DNA of 64,000 nt from a virus: positions 32,001 through 96,000 of the IMG/VR virus record IMGVR_UViG_3300005613_004097; one strand, given 5' to 3'. The stretch's first letter is position 1. The number at the start of each line of letters is the position of its first letter. Of this stretch, positions 28,501 to 37,908 are shown one piece after another. The notes under the pieces were generated by a model, which saw only the letters and a program-made list of their open reading frames with translations, searched no databases and was not told the DNA's origin. A program made the position numbers and the translations under genes.

Positions 28501-28768
28501 GACATTGGATGGTGGTGAGGAAATAATAATACCATTGAACATTTACTTCAAGATGAATGCTTTGGATAATACACTTACTGGTGCCAATTACGAATATGTT
28601 AATTTGAACAATCAAACAGAAACGGTCAAACATACTAAAAAATTGAAATTCCTATTGGAAGATGAATCTGAGAACAGACCTTTTAAATTCACAATAGTTT
28701 TCAATCTGAATAGAAATAAAGTAACTTTCGCAAGTCCAAGTAAAAATTACACAACAATAGTCAAGTAA
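25595..28768 (+). CDS. large virion structural protein (baseplate/tail-associated, inferred)
   Basis: 1057 aa, beta-rich with coiled coils, late motif 25564-25572. Confidence 0.6.
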   Translation: MPIQSSFATVAEQILAYNSNIVEILTKINSLSTTTDPSVDVRIFDATGQQNSYSLPSFSYLKSEIERLNNSINSLYSIDTNGALIQTSNRNKFKKIITVDLNREPNPIDQLPPVTQFRSSKNWIFDGLLNPLLSVEIDLSDKIENNVRKCLTRRYIVEFNRDSAGELTTLGQAALSEFNQLFRGRTDIDLQEFENWHRTTSGVVSPLSPNYDEQMFDIEPNNLLWDGVFNVLEIEEDTVNRKLWYRINTLDYIVNDTLEVKQLVVGDEVIINQTISNTRYKIIEVSTTESNPRIRLERVEGLQPVPVGVGTLKIYSPVIYTKRLRVSIGYNERNIVFVKAMNADNNLIAKSWSKGIGFYTGDLTLRSNDSFNGQTLEQYYVSQVYDYGKVLSDLVAKKTPNTLAGNPNPVTLNPDNFKVVQINKHLTDTPDANIVKNKHNYTVSLKNEIKQVQEAISDRNKKLRVTKFASQAAKKKFELEIDELNKKKVSKSKLLATTVNEILDLTRNDQTRVDPKYRLRGFWEIPDAVVTRGTKPQEIIQFRVQYRYVSKDGREPNVESYNIKEQGQNKTAAFSNWNEFKSDVRKRTFNKATGEYQWQIENVEDADTPNINQLDIPITQNERVEMRIKSISEVGYPDSPVESEWSDILTVDFPDDLNDVLTDNQFILQEASKEDLKVSVESELSAKGLDEHLAETTIINNKTYLHDASSILSGFQDANGVSLDLFQYLNRLETRIRQLEEQIARTRGELEVVILRNNQEFVIGYNSETVFNVECEDYLDSFSGTGIPSGRVYANNIYVIKDFAIRIKNRSVESNLGLLSDSLYNSNSDFYNTQVPQVFWVNPQDELLFSDVSGVSRTQLNNQFLWAVNYETITSQSNIVSRLSENIGNSFVAQSSNSLTDFLSLDEYNIGYSETQTLNFVSNNSSLLDNSKWVDDTVSVGSTTKFLTTIHPVINELEDIVEDNQDKIKTLDGGEEIIIPLNIYFKMNALDNTLTGANYEYVNLNNQTETVKHTKKLKFLLEDESENRPFKFTIVFNLNRNKVTFASPSKNYTTIVK

Positions 28769-28793
28769 GTTGTAACTTTTCAATATATAACCT

Positions 28794-31700
28794 ATGAAAA
28801 GTTTTTCTTTACTTAGAACAAATGTTGCCTTGACCACCAATGTTAAGTTGTTGGTCGACTCGAAATACAATCTTTATCTTGAATCGATCGAGTCTGCTGA
28901 TGAATTGGCAGCGAGTAGATTGAAAAAATATCAATTCAATAAAGATAATTTTTATGATGAATTGGTACCTGATTTCTTCAAAAACTTTCCACCTGATATT
29001 GCATTCTCAGTGAATTATGACAATGACAATGATAACATGTCAAATGATTATGCAAATCAATATGATGAGACATATGTTGCCGGTGCAAAGAACATAATCG
29101 ATAATAAGAATTATACTGAAGAGTATGAATACTTTGCCCCGCTTTATGTATTCAAGCACCATTTACCCAAATACTTTGTAATATTCAGAATAGATGGTCC
29201 TGGACTTTTGGATCTGAATAAGGATAATTTCAGAGATGAGTTTCTGAACAATTTCAAGTGTGTCAAGTTGTTCGATATGACAAGAGAGACAGTTCTTGGT
29301 GAATTCATAGATAGGAACTTTAAGAACAATATAAGTTATCCACCCACTGGTCTGGATATTGATTTCAGAGAACTCGAATTCACAAAATGGATCGGTATTG
29401 ATTACGAGTCAGGTGGATATACACAAAAGTCGCTTTATTTCGATGAGGAATTGCAAAGAGAATCAACCCTTTTCGATATGGAACAGCTCATAACAGATGG
29501 TTACAGGGTCAATAAGGTGATACATCCGAATATTATAAACTTTACATTCCTTTTTGATGATACACCAGCAACAAAAGATACATTAAGAAAGTGGTCACTG
29601 AACAGATATTCGGGTTTCTATCTAGATGACATGCAAATTTATGATAAGATACACCCTTTCAAACTACCAAGATTGCAAAGTGATGTTGTCATTTTATCGG
29701 GTAATGAGATCATATCAACTTCAAAGACTGATCCATTTGTCGAAGGATTCAAAGTGGATGATACAATGTGGGTTGAGTATGATGGTGAGTTCTATCGAGT
29801 TGAAAGATTCGAGAAAACGCTTGCAAGAAAGGTGAATCCTGAAAAGCGAGGTGCAAGGAACAAACAGATCACAGTTGATGAGGTTGTTTCACCAAAAGTG
29901 ACAAGATACAGAATAATAAGTGACCGTGACCTTTCAGGACAGCAAGCACTATTGAACAGACAACATTGTTACATCGATGATATGAACAGGATAATCGATG
30001 CATCGACAGATTCTGCTTATGTGATACCCGATTTTGATTATGCAGATGTGAATCTCATATTGATAGATGGTATCTATCATAACATTGTATTTGATTCGGG
30101 ATTTTATAGATTGAATACAGATTATGGATTCACATATTCAGAGGATTATAGATTGACATATTTCACCAACTCAGGCATTGATGGATTTTCAAAGTTCATT
30201 GACCTTGATATCACAACTTTGAATCAACCTGTGAATTTTCCTATATTCAGATTGAAATTCACCGACATCAAAGATTTTGATACAAGTATAATAGATACTG
30301 AATTTTCAAAATTCGAATATGAGAAAAGAAACGATATCACAAAAACTGAAGAACCAAAACTTTATTTCACAGACCTCAGATCAAATTCGAATCCAGCTCC
30401 TTTTGATGATTTCACATTCAAAGGCAGAACAGAATTGATACCGGTTGCATCTGAGTACACAGCAAATCTAGAGACATTCAGAGAAGAGAATGGTCAACTC
30501 ACAGAACTTTGGAGAAAAAGTCCAAATCATGTTCGTTGGGGATATCAGAATTCACTGTCTGCACATGATCATCAATATCTTTTGAACAATACTGATCTGT
30601 TGGGTAATTTCAATCAAACAGTTGATACGAGAAATTTCATACCTAACAGATCATCAAGAAACTTGGATTACTTTTATACGATAAACTCTGGAACAACATC
30701 ATATATACATCATACATTGCATGTTGAGAAGAATGTTGCGCCTTTCATACAGGATCAGAATTACAGATTCGAATTGGATAAATATCTGAATTTGGCCACT
30801 TACTCCTATTTTGGTCTTACCTATTCGTATGATTTCAATTATTTTGAACATTTCTTTTCGCCTACCCAATCTTTCATGGATGGTGAGATCGTAAGAAATG
30901 TCAAGAAATGGTCCTATTTTGAAGAAGGTGACCGATCAATACCATCAATGACCGTTTTCAAGGGAATCAAGTTCAAGATATTTGAAGTGGATTCCATCAT
31001 CAAGAACAATGTGAGTGTTGAGAATCTGAATCTTTTCACATCGAACAAATTCAATGATTATAAATTCTCAATATTACTTTCATCGAATGATAAGATGGTT
31101 GCAAATGATGGAACATTGTATGAACCTTATATCACGGATAGTTTCATTTCAGCAACTGATCTTGGTGGCGGAACAACATCCTTCTTAACTTCGATATCAG
31201 CATCACCATCGGTTGCCGTTGATGATATTATTGAAGTCGAATTTCCTCAATATCAAACGAATTTTGCAACTGTTAATTATGTTGGTGCTGTGACAGGTGG
31301 ATTCGGATTCAATGCTGTTACGAATATCATTGGATCACAGAATTTCGGTGGTAATTATAGAATAAAGCTACAATGGAAAAGAATTTTCAATTTTGAACTT
31401 GATAGAGAATATAAGGTCGGTGACATTGTGATATGGAACTATCAGACATATGAATGTGTTTCTGATGTCACTTTGATACAACCAGCTGATAATCCAAGTA
31501 CAAGTTCATCCTTTATTACATTTACCACAACACCATCACAGGTTCATCCATTTTGGAGAGGTACTTCAAATTCATATTCACCAAATGAATGGGTTTATAT
31601 CTATGGTGAGTATTATACACCGGTCATACCGATTAACACAAATATATATATAAATAACTTCTGGGATGATACATTACTATATTCATCAGGTGATATAGTC

Positions 31701-33734
31701 ATTTATAAGAACAGATATTACAGAGTAAATACAGCTAATGTTCCTGTAGGAACACCACCTGTTGTTTCAAATAGAAAGATAAGTGTCAATTTTGATGGTG
31801 TCCCATATTGGCAAGAAATTCCTCAATCACAAGTGACAAACCCTATATGGGAAAGAATCCCGCTGTGGAATGTGAATGAGAATATATCATCACCATTGAC
31901 CTATCGAGTGCATAACAATGTATTATATGTGAATAATAGTCAACCCTTAACGGGTGAGGAAATTCCTGGTGAATCAACGCTTTGGGATAGAGTTTATTCG
32001 TTTGAACCGGATACTGATTACACTTATGAGTTTTATGATAACCCTATTATCAATATTGATGGTTGGTTTTATTTGAACACATTCAATCCAGGTCAAAACT
32101 ATAGTGATCCTGAAACATACGAGGATGCTGATCTGACACTTGATTCGGGTATAACAATTTATATTCATAAACCGTTCAAGAATGTTTTTGTGAACATTGC
32201 AATAAATGACAATACGCTTCAAGCCATCGAAGATGTCATCAATGAGACCAAGAACATTGAAAGAGACCAGCTTTATGTCAAACCCAATAAAAGATTGACT
32301 GCTGCCAATTTCATAAGACAGATAAATGATCTTGATACAAAGTATGGATTTGCAGATTATACATCTTATGTTGTGATAGATGATGACTTTACTGTTTCAA
32401 AATATAAATTTGATCATCAACTTGAAAGATTACCATACCTTTTGATCGCAGAAGAAGCAGATGAATTGAGTATAGATGAATCATCACTGAGATTTGAAAG
32501 ACAGGATATTCCAAAGAATGTTCTGAGATCAAAAAGATATCTCGAAGATGGTAAAATAGACAATTTGGAAAAATTGAACTTTTACAATGAAAATCCAATA
32601 TCATATCAGATCGAGCAAGTCAAGGATCAGGTCACTCCTGTTACCAATTACAATTCATTGTCAAACAATATACAGAAATCAATTTTCAGACATTCTGGAT
32701 ATTACATGCCATTGGTCTATGAGGTTGAACTTTTCAGAAACATCTCATTTTATGATTCTTTAGATTGTTCAGATATATGTCCTGTGATAACTTGGGATTG
32801 GAATCATCAAGACGATTCAAATTCATTTTATGGAGTAAGTTATTCAACAACACCTATACCTTTGTTTTATATTGGTGAGGATGCAACACAAAGGCCAACA
32901 TATCAGGGCATTCTTGTTGCCGCTGGTGGTGAAATAGATATAAATTTAAGTTTCAATTCAGGTTATTGGAATTTGAATTGGAGTTTTGGAACATCTTCAT
33001 TTGATGTTATGTCAAGTGAATCTTTATTTGGAACATACTCGTATAATTCTGGAACTTTATTTACACCAGTTGATTTTTATGATTCAAAAATAGTATGTGG
33101 TGATTTCAGTGATGCATATTATGTTAGTCAGAAACAAGGAACATTCTCATATAATTTACCAGCTTATGCAACTCGTAATGAAATCACCAGTAATATTTCA
33201 TATACTATATTTCCTGATGTTTACGGATTTGATTGGTCAACACAATCATCTCAATGGGATGTTCGATTGGTGGGACCTTGTACGTTCATTTTACCCGGTA
33301 CTCAATCTTATCTGCCAGAAGGCACATTCAGTCAGTGTGGTGGAACAGTTTCGATATCAAAAGGAATTGATCCTAATATTTTCGGAATAAATGCAATTGA
33401 TCCTTGTATATACACAAAGGTTGAAAGATCAGGTAATTGGCTGTTCGACACTGATCTTAGTTTATTCGGTGTGAAGCGACAGCGTGTTATACAGAAAGTG
33501 AATTCGATAGATAATGTTTTGAAATTAAGGAACAATGAAAGTTTCTCATCAATATATCCAATGCTGGATGAGTTCGGATATATGGTTGTTGATTTTTTCA
33601 TTTTCAAATCAACATGGGATTACCTTTATCATTATAAGACAAATGATCCTAAGATATCATCGGTTCCTTCTCAACAGAATATTTTCAGAACCTTATATCT
33701 TCAACAGATAATAAAAAATTACAATACGATATAA
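28794..33734 (+). CDS. large virion protein with CBM5/12-like repeats
   Basis: 1646 aa; YKVGDIVIWN..TYEC and W....YSSGDIVIYKNRYY repeats; CAATATATA 28781-28789. Confidence 0.6.
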   Translation: MKSFSLLRTNVALTTNVKLLVDSKYNLYLESIESADELAASRLKKYQFNKDNFYDELVPDFFKNFPPDIAFSVNYDNDNDNMSNDYANQYDETYVAGAKNIIDNKNYTEEYEYFAPLYVFKHHLPKYFVIFRIDGPGLLDLNKDNFRDEFLNNFKCVKLFDMTRETVLGEFIDRNFKNNISYPPTGLDIDFRELEFTKWIGIDYESGGYTQKSLYFDEELQRESTLFDMEQLITDGYRVNKVIHPNIINFTFLFDDTPATKDTLRKWSLNRYSGFYLDDMQIYDKIHPFKLPRLQSDVVILSGNEIISTSKTDPFVEGFKVDDTMWVEYDGEFYRVERFEKTLARKVNPEKRGARNKQITVDEVVSPKVTRYRIISDRDLSGQQALLNRQHCYIDDMNRIIDASTDSAYVIPDFDYADVNLILIDGIYHNIVFDSGFYRLNTDYGFTYSEDYRLTYFTNSGIDGFSKFIDLDITTLNQPVNFPIFRLKFTDIKDFDTSIIDTEFSKFEYEKRNDITKTEEPKLYFTDLRSNSNPAPFDDFTFKGRTELIPVASEYTANLETFREENGQLTELWRKSPNHVRWGYQNSLSAHDHQYLLNNTDLLGNFNQTVDTRNFIPNRSSRNLDYFYTINSGTTSYIHHTLHVEKNVAPFIQDQNYRFELDKYLNLATYSYFGLTYSYDFNYFEHFFSPTQSFMDGEIVRNVKKWSYFEEGDRSIPSMTVFKGIKFKIFEVDSIIKNNVSVENLNLFTSNKFNDYKFSILLSSNDKMVANDGTLYEPYITDSFISATDLGGGTTSFLTSISASPSVAVDDIIEVEFPQYQTNFATVNYVGAVTGGFGFNAVTNIIGSQNFGGNYRIKLQWKRIFNFELDREYKVGDIVIWNYQTYECVSDVTLIQPADNPSTSSSFITFTTTPSQVHPFWRGTSNSYSPNEWVYIYGEYYTPVIPINTNIYINNFWDDTLLYSSGDIVIYKNRYYRVNTANVPVGTPPVVSNRKISVNFDGVPYWQEIPQSQVTNPIWERIPLWNVNENISSPLTYRVHNNVLYVNNSQPLTGEEIPGESTLWDRVYSFEPDTDYTYEFYDNPIINIDGWFYLNTFNPGQNYSDPETYEDADLTLDSGITIYIHKPFKNVFVNIAINDNTLQAIEDVINETKNIERDQLYVKPNKRLTAANFIRQINDLDTKYGFADYTSYVVIDDDFTVSKYKFDHQLERLPYLLIAEEADELSIDESSLRFERQDIPKNVLRSKRYLEDGKIDNLEKLNFYNENPISYQIEQVKDQVTPVTNYNSLSNNIQKSIFRHSGYYMPLVYEVELFRNISFYDSLDCSDICPVITWDWNHQDDSNSFYGVSYSTTPIPLFYIGEDATQRPTYQGILVAAGGEIDINLSFNSGYWNLNWSFGTSSFDVMSSESLFGTYSYNSGTLFTPVDFYDSKIVCGDFSDAYYVSQKQGTFSYNLPAYATRNEITSNISYTIFPDVYGFDWSTQSSQWDVRLVGPCTFILPGTQSYLPEGTFSQCGGTVSISKGIDPNIFGINAIDPCIYTKVERSGNWLFDTDLSLFGVKRQRVIQKVNSIDNVLKLRNNESFSSIYPMLDEFGYMVVDFFIFKSTWDYLYHYKTNDPKISSVPSQQNIFRTLYLQQIIKNYNTI

Positions 33735-34465
33735 TGAGAAGAACTTACATATCACCTGAATTTGATTACACACAAGTTTGGGGAACATACAACATGAAGG
33801 AAGAATCCTCATTTCTATCGAGTAAAATGTTGGAAATTGAGGATCAACTTATCTTAGATGACCAAAGTCTTGTTTATTTTCAGAAGGCAAACAAAGAACA
33901 GATCGATCTTTCTATTGAACAGTCATTGCCAAGTCAATCTTACTCGACCTCTGACAATAAAAGACAGAATCACACTTTATCGATCGATGAGTCGCAATCA
34001 CAATTACAGAGAGACACAAGGTGTCGATATATTCTGACAATAGACCTTGCAACCATCATCACAGAACATGTTTTTGCTTTATTGAAAAGATACAGAACAT
34101 TCGAGGGTGTCAGAAACATTATGACCAGAACGGGTGATGTTGATTTTGCAATCAGAGAGTATGTGCAGAAAAATGTTCTTGATAGATATAGACTGAGAGA
34201 GGTAAGATTGTATTTGAAATACAATCAATTGAACAATCAGGCAATTTTGAAATATAACAATGTTTGGTCAGGATTCACAGATCCGACCACATCAAGAACT
34301 GCGATATTGCCTGCTGATATTGTGCAAGATCAGTTCAGATTGAGGAATGTTGAGACTGAAACAGAATTCGATCAATCAAGAACAACTTTGAAGTTTTCTC
34401 AGCAACAGGATGCGAGAAGTTTCAACTTTGATTATTATTTTATTATTGATATTGAAAAAATTTAA
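33734..34465 (+). CDS. probable virion structural protein
   Basis: 243 aa, coupled to structural operon. Confidence 0.55.
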   Translation: MRRTYISPEFDYTQVWGTYNMKEESSFLSSKMLEIEDQLILDDQSLVYFQKANKEQIDLSIEQSLPSQSYSTSDNKRQNHTLSIDESQSQLQRDTRCRYILTIDLATIITEHVFALLKRYRTFEGVRNIMTRTGDVDFAIREYVQKNVLDRYRLREVRLYLKYNQLNNQAILKYNNVWSGFTDPTTSRTAILPADIVQDQFRLRNVETETEFDQSRTTLKFSQQQDARSFNFDYYFIIDIEKI

Positions 34466-34468
34466 AAT

Positions 34469-34834
34469 ATGAAAGGTCAGGATCTAGAAAAATTGAAAAG
34501 GTTGATATCTGCTTTTGAAGGCAGACCAAATCATTTGGCAAAATTTCTCTCAGAGAAGAATGCTTTCAATGATGAGTTCATAGATAAATTATCGAAAAGT
34601 GAGGTCAATATAGATGACATGCCCAATTTCAGAACAATCAAAGAAATGAAAAGATGGTTCAATGACCTTATTGATGATCTTGATCATTTGAAAAAGAAAA
34701 AGACGAAAAAACAGATAATAAAAGAGTTGAATAAAAAGCTGCAAACTGCAATTGAGATGGAAGATTTCGAAGAGGCGTGTAGGATCCGAGATTATATGAT
34801 AAAAAATAATTTCAGATCTAAACCAAACAAGTAA
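34469..34834 (+). CDS. protein with C-terminal UVR (UvrB/C) helical motif
   Basis: LNKKLQTAIEMEDFEEACRIRD. Confidence 0.75.
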   Translation: MKGQDLEKLKRLISAFEGRPNHLAKFLSEKNAFNDEFIDKLSKSEVNIDDMPNFRTIKEMKRWFNDLIDDLDHLKKKKTKKQIIKELNKKLQTAIEMEDFEEACRIRDYMIKNNFRSKPNK

Positions 34835-34846
34835 TGATCGATATAA
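34819..34846 (+). promoter_or_regulatory. TAAAC-N18-TATAA promoter before the S1-like gene
   Basis: Exact motif and spacing. Confidence 0.65.
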
Positions 34847-34875
34847 ACATTCGTAACCTTTTAAAAATCAAATAA

Positions 34876-36000
34876 ATGACAGAAGAATTAGTTAAAGCAG
34901 AAAAAACAACAACAAGACAACCTATTTCAGACCAATCATGGTGGGATGAGATCGAGTATGAACAGAAGCGTTCATTGAGAAATGTCAAGCCAGTAACACA
35001 ACAGGACATCGAATTTTACAACATGGTCAAGAACATTCAGGTCATTGATCCAAGACCAGGAGCTGTCGTGAGTGGAAAATACATTGGGATGCAAGGACAG
35101 GATTATATTTTTTTCTTTGAGGGATTCAAAGACCACATTCGTGTAGAGAACAAACCAAATGAGGAAAAGTATATCGAGAACATTCAAAAAGGAGATTCAG
35201 TGGATATCCTTATCTATGATGTTGATAGAAAAAACTTTGAGATCAAAGGATCAATATCACAACTTTTCGAGACAATGGTTCATAAAGAACTGTCTGAGGA
35301 CTCTGATGTTATTGTGATGGCCAAAGTGAATTCAATGAATCCAGCAGGATACGACATCACATTGGAGTATAATAATGTTGAGATGAGTGCATTCATGCCC
35401 AACACACTTGCAGGAATCAACAAATTACATGACCCTGAATCGATAGTAGGTCAAAAATTCGAGGTCATGGTCGAGTCCTATTCAGAGAGTGAGGGAACTT
35501 ATATTGTGTCAAGGAGAAAGTATCTTAAAACATTGATGCCAAAAGAACTTGATAAACTTATGACCAACACTTTATATCAAGGTCATGTGACCGGTACAAC
35601 ACCGTTCGGAGTCTTTGTTGAGTTCAACAGATGTCTCACAGGAATGATACACAAGGCCAACATTGTTGAAGAATACAGAGACAAGATACAGGATATCAGA
35701 CCTGGCCAAAAGATCGAATTCTATGTGAAAGAGATCATCAAGAACAATAAGATAATTCTAACTCAGATATTGAGAGAGACGCTTTGGGATAACATTGAAG
35801 TCGGTCAATCACTTTCAGGTATCGTTAAAGATGTGAAGCCTTTCGGAGCATTGGTGGTCTTAGATTCAGAAACTATCGGACTTGTACATTCGTCTGAGAT
35901 TGAGAAGAACAACTTGGATCTTTCAAATGGAAGTCAGGTCAGTGTGAAAGTGTTGAGAGTTGATAGAGGAAATAGAAAGATATTCCTCACCGTTGAGTAA
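34876..36000 (+). CDS. rpsA: ribosomal protein S1-like (about four S1 domains)
   Basis: AFMP, IVSRR, FGVFVEF...GMIH, FGALV.L....GLVH.SE, KV..VD..NRKI.L. Confidence 0.85.
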   Translation: MTEELVKAEKTTTRQPISDQSWWDEIEYEQKRSLRNVKPVTQQDIEFYNMVKNIQVIDPRPGAVVSGKYIGMQGQDYIFFFEGFKDHIRVENKPNEEKYIENIQKGDSVDILIYDVDRKNFEIKGSISQLFETMVHKELSEDSDVIVMAKVNSMNPAGYDITLEYNNVEMSAFMPNTLAGINKLHDPESIVGQKFEVMVESYSESEGTYIVSRRKYLKTLMPKELDKLMTNTLYQGHVTGTTPFGVFVEFNRCLTGMIHKANIVEEYRDKIQDIRPGQKIEFYVKEIIKNNKIILTQILRETLWDNIEVGQSLSGIVKDVKPFGALVVLDSETIGLVHSSEIEKNNLDLSNGSQVSVKVLRVDRGNRKIFLTVE

Positions 36001-36010
36001 GTTCATTTAA

Positions 36011-36036
36011 GAAGGGGATTCTTTTGAATTCCCTTC
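36011..36036 (+). terminator. putative intrinsic terminator hairpin
   Basis: GAAGGGGATTC-TTTT-GAATTCCCTTC right after S1 stop; weak U-tract. Confidence 0.55.
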
Positions 36037-36062
36037 ATTTAAAAAAATTAAATATTCAGAGA

Positions 36063-36491
36063 ATGATTAAATTGCATGATAAGATAGATAGTAAAATTTT
36101 GAAATCTTTACCCAATCCAACAAAGGAATCATATGAGGCAAAGATAAAAATTCCAGAATGTACATTCTTAGGTGTGAAAGAACAACCAGACTTTGCAACT
36201 ATTTATCTTACATTCTATGCAGGTGACAAGATAATTGAATTGAAATCACTCAAACAATATATCTTCCAATTGAGGGATATTGTTGTATCGTATGAACGTT
36301 TGATAAATATTATCTATGATGATCTTATGAAAGTTTATGATCCTCAAAGATTAAGAATTGTTATGATATGTAATCCAAGAGGTGGTATATCATCAACACT
36401 TACGATCGACTCTGATTGGTCTGTCAGAGGTGGTAAGGAAGTTTTCAAAGATTGGAATAATTCTGATGATACTTGGAGTGTTACTATGTAA
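36063..36491 (+). CDS. queF: QueF-like T-fold protein (preQ0 reductase family), canonical Cys displaced
   Basis: QPDFA, ELKSLKQY QueF motif, SYE, PRGGI. Confidence 0.8.
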   Translation: MIKLHDKIDSKILKSLPNPTKESYEAKIKIPECTFLGVKEQPDFATIYLTFYAGDKIIELKSLKQYIFQLRDIVVSYERLINIIYDDLMKVYDPQRLRIVMICNPRGGISSTLTIDSDWSVRGGKEVFKDWNNSDDTWSVTM

Positions 36492-37419
36492 AGTAACGCT
36501 CCAATATATCACTGAGTTTCATATTCATTATCTCGTTGAAATCCTCTCTTTTAAGGTCTAGATTCTTTTCAGATTTTTTTATATGAAATATTAAAACACA
36601 CAGGTCTTTAGCCTGTGTGATGCAAATATATGAAAAAAAATTAAAAAAGTGATAAAAAAATCAAGAGGGAAGGTGAACGATCTAATATATAGATAAGACA
36701 AAAACCAAGTCTTAAAAAAATTAAACAGTCTGGTCAGGGGACCTGTCAACGGACTTTAAACAAAAACACGGTGAGGCGTTCTCGTTGGAGAAGTCTGTGA
36801 AACGTGAAACACAAAAATCTTTAGTTTTTGTGTAGTTCATTGCCCAATCGATAGGATCATATACATGTCTTTTCTCATTCGTGGTGCTTTTACTGAGAAT
36901 ATCGAACAATTTTTTATTTTTATTATCAAATTGTTCGATCATTCTTTTTTTGAAATCAACTGTGAAGTTTTCTTTCTTATTGAATATATGAGATATCTTT
37001 ATCTTTCTGGATTCCTTCTTACTTAATAATTTGAAGGTTTTATTGTTGTACCAAAGTTCTTTATCATATCCTTCAAGTTTTATCTTGTACAACGGATAGT
37101 AAGTGGTTCCACATTTCTCTACACTGGATATCCTGTACTTACCACCTTTGATGAAATATCTGTAAGTTTTCACATTACATATTATGATCGAACCAACTTC
37201 GGGAAATGCATCTTTTTGTTCATTCATATAATCTTTTGTTGGATCTAGATCTTTTCCATCCATAAGAACAAACTTGTCTGCATAATACCAACCAAGTCGC
37301 TTACCACACTCGGTCTCAACAAGGTATTGTCTCCAATTGCCACTTCTTTTAACATCTATAAGTGAATAGATGTTTCCTTTTATCAGTACATCGGTATCAT
37401 CCTTCGCTTTTACTCTCAT
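36484..37419 (-). pseudogene. hypothetical gene interrupted near its 3' end by a non-autonomous IS element
   Basis: Removing 36583-36840 restores ...PIDWA-IKKSEKNLDLKREDFNEIMNMKLSDILERYFT* in frame. Confidence 0.8.
36583..36840 (+). mobile_element. non-autonomous IS200/IS605-family element (tnpA/tnpB-less) with omegaRNA-like right end
   Basis: Subterminal hairpins 36597-36619 and 36809-36833 share loop TCTTTAG; left flank TTTAT; right end TAGTTCAT; no target duplication. Confidence 0.8.
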
Positions 37420-37858
37420 TCAAATATTTTTCATATAGTTTGTCAATTGAATCATCATCGATATCTTTCATAAGTTGAGAAAAATGTTCTTTTATCAAAA
37501 GAAACATGTTCTCAGAATTCAGAATTTGAATATCTTGATATAGTTTTGATGCAACTTCATCAGTTAAAATATCAATTTTTGTTTGATTGGATCCTATTCC
37601 GATTGCAACAAGCTTTTTCATTCTTTGTCTTTTCGTATCATCGATGATGAACTCCCAATCTGTCATTTTTTCGAGGTTCATTCTCAGGTCCGATACACTT
37701 TTAACAACCAGAAATCCGGAAGATATTTGTTCGAATCTGAATCTGTCACAGAATTCTTTGGCTTCTTTCAAACCAAGATCTGTAGAGAATTTTATTGCCT
37801 TTACAAGGCCAAGATGTTGGCTACCTCTTTTTCTTAATGTGATCTTTACTAATTCCAT
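37397..37858 (-). CDS. protein with N-terminal ribosomal L7/L12 C-terminal-like domain
   Basis: LVKAIKFSTDLGLKEAKEFCD; TACATTTG 4 nt before ATG. Confidence 0.7.
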   Translation of the reverse strand: MELVKITLRKRGSQHLGLVKAIKFSTDLGLKEAKEFCDRFRFEQISSGFLVVKSVSDLRMNLEKMTDWEFIIDDTKRQRMKKLVAIGIGSNQTKIDILTDEVASKLYQDIQILNSENMFLLIKEHFSQLMKDIDDDSIDKLYEKYLNESKSEG

Positions 37859-37908
37859 TCAACAAATGTAAGCAAATTTCCTATAAATTCAAACTAAAAC
37901 ATCTTAAA

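Noticed and set aside
36721-36840. C-terminal tail of the 36721-37419 ORF as genuine protein
   Set aside because: It is read-through into the inserted element; the native tail lies at 36484-36582
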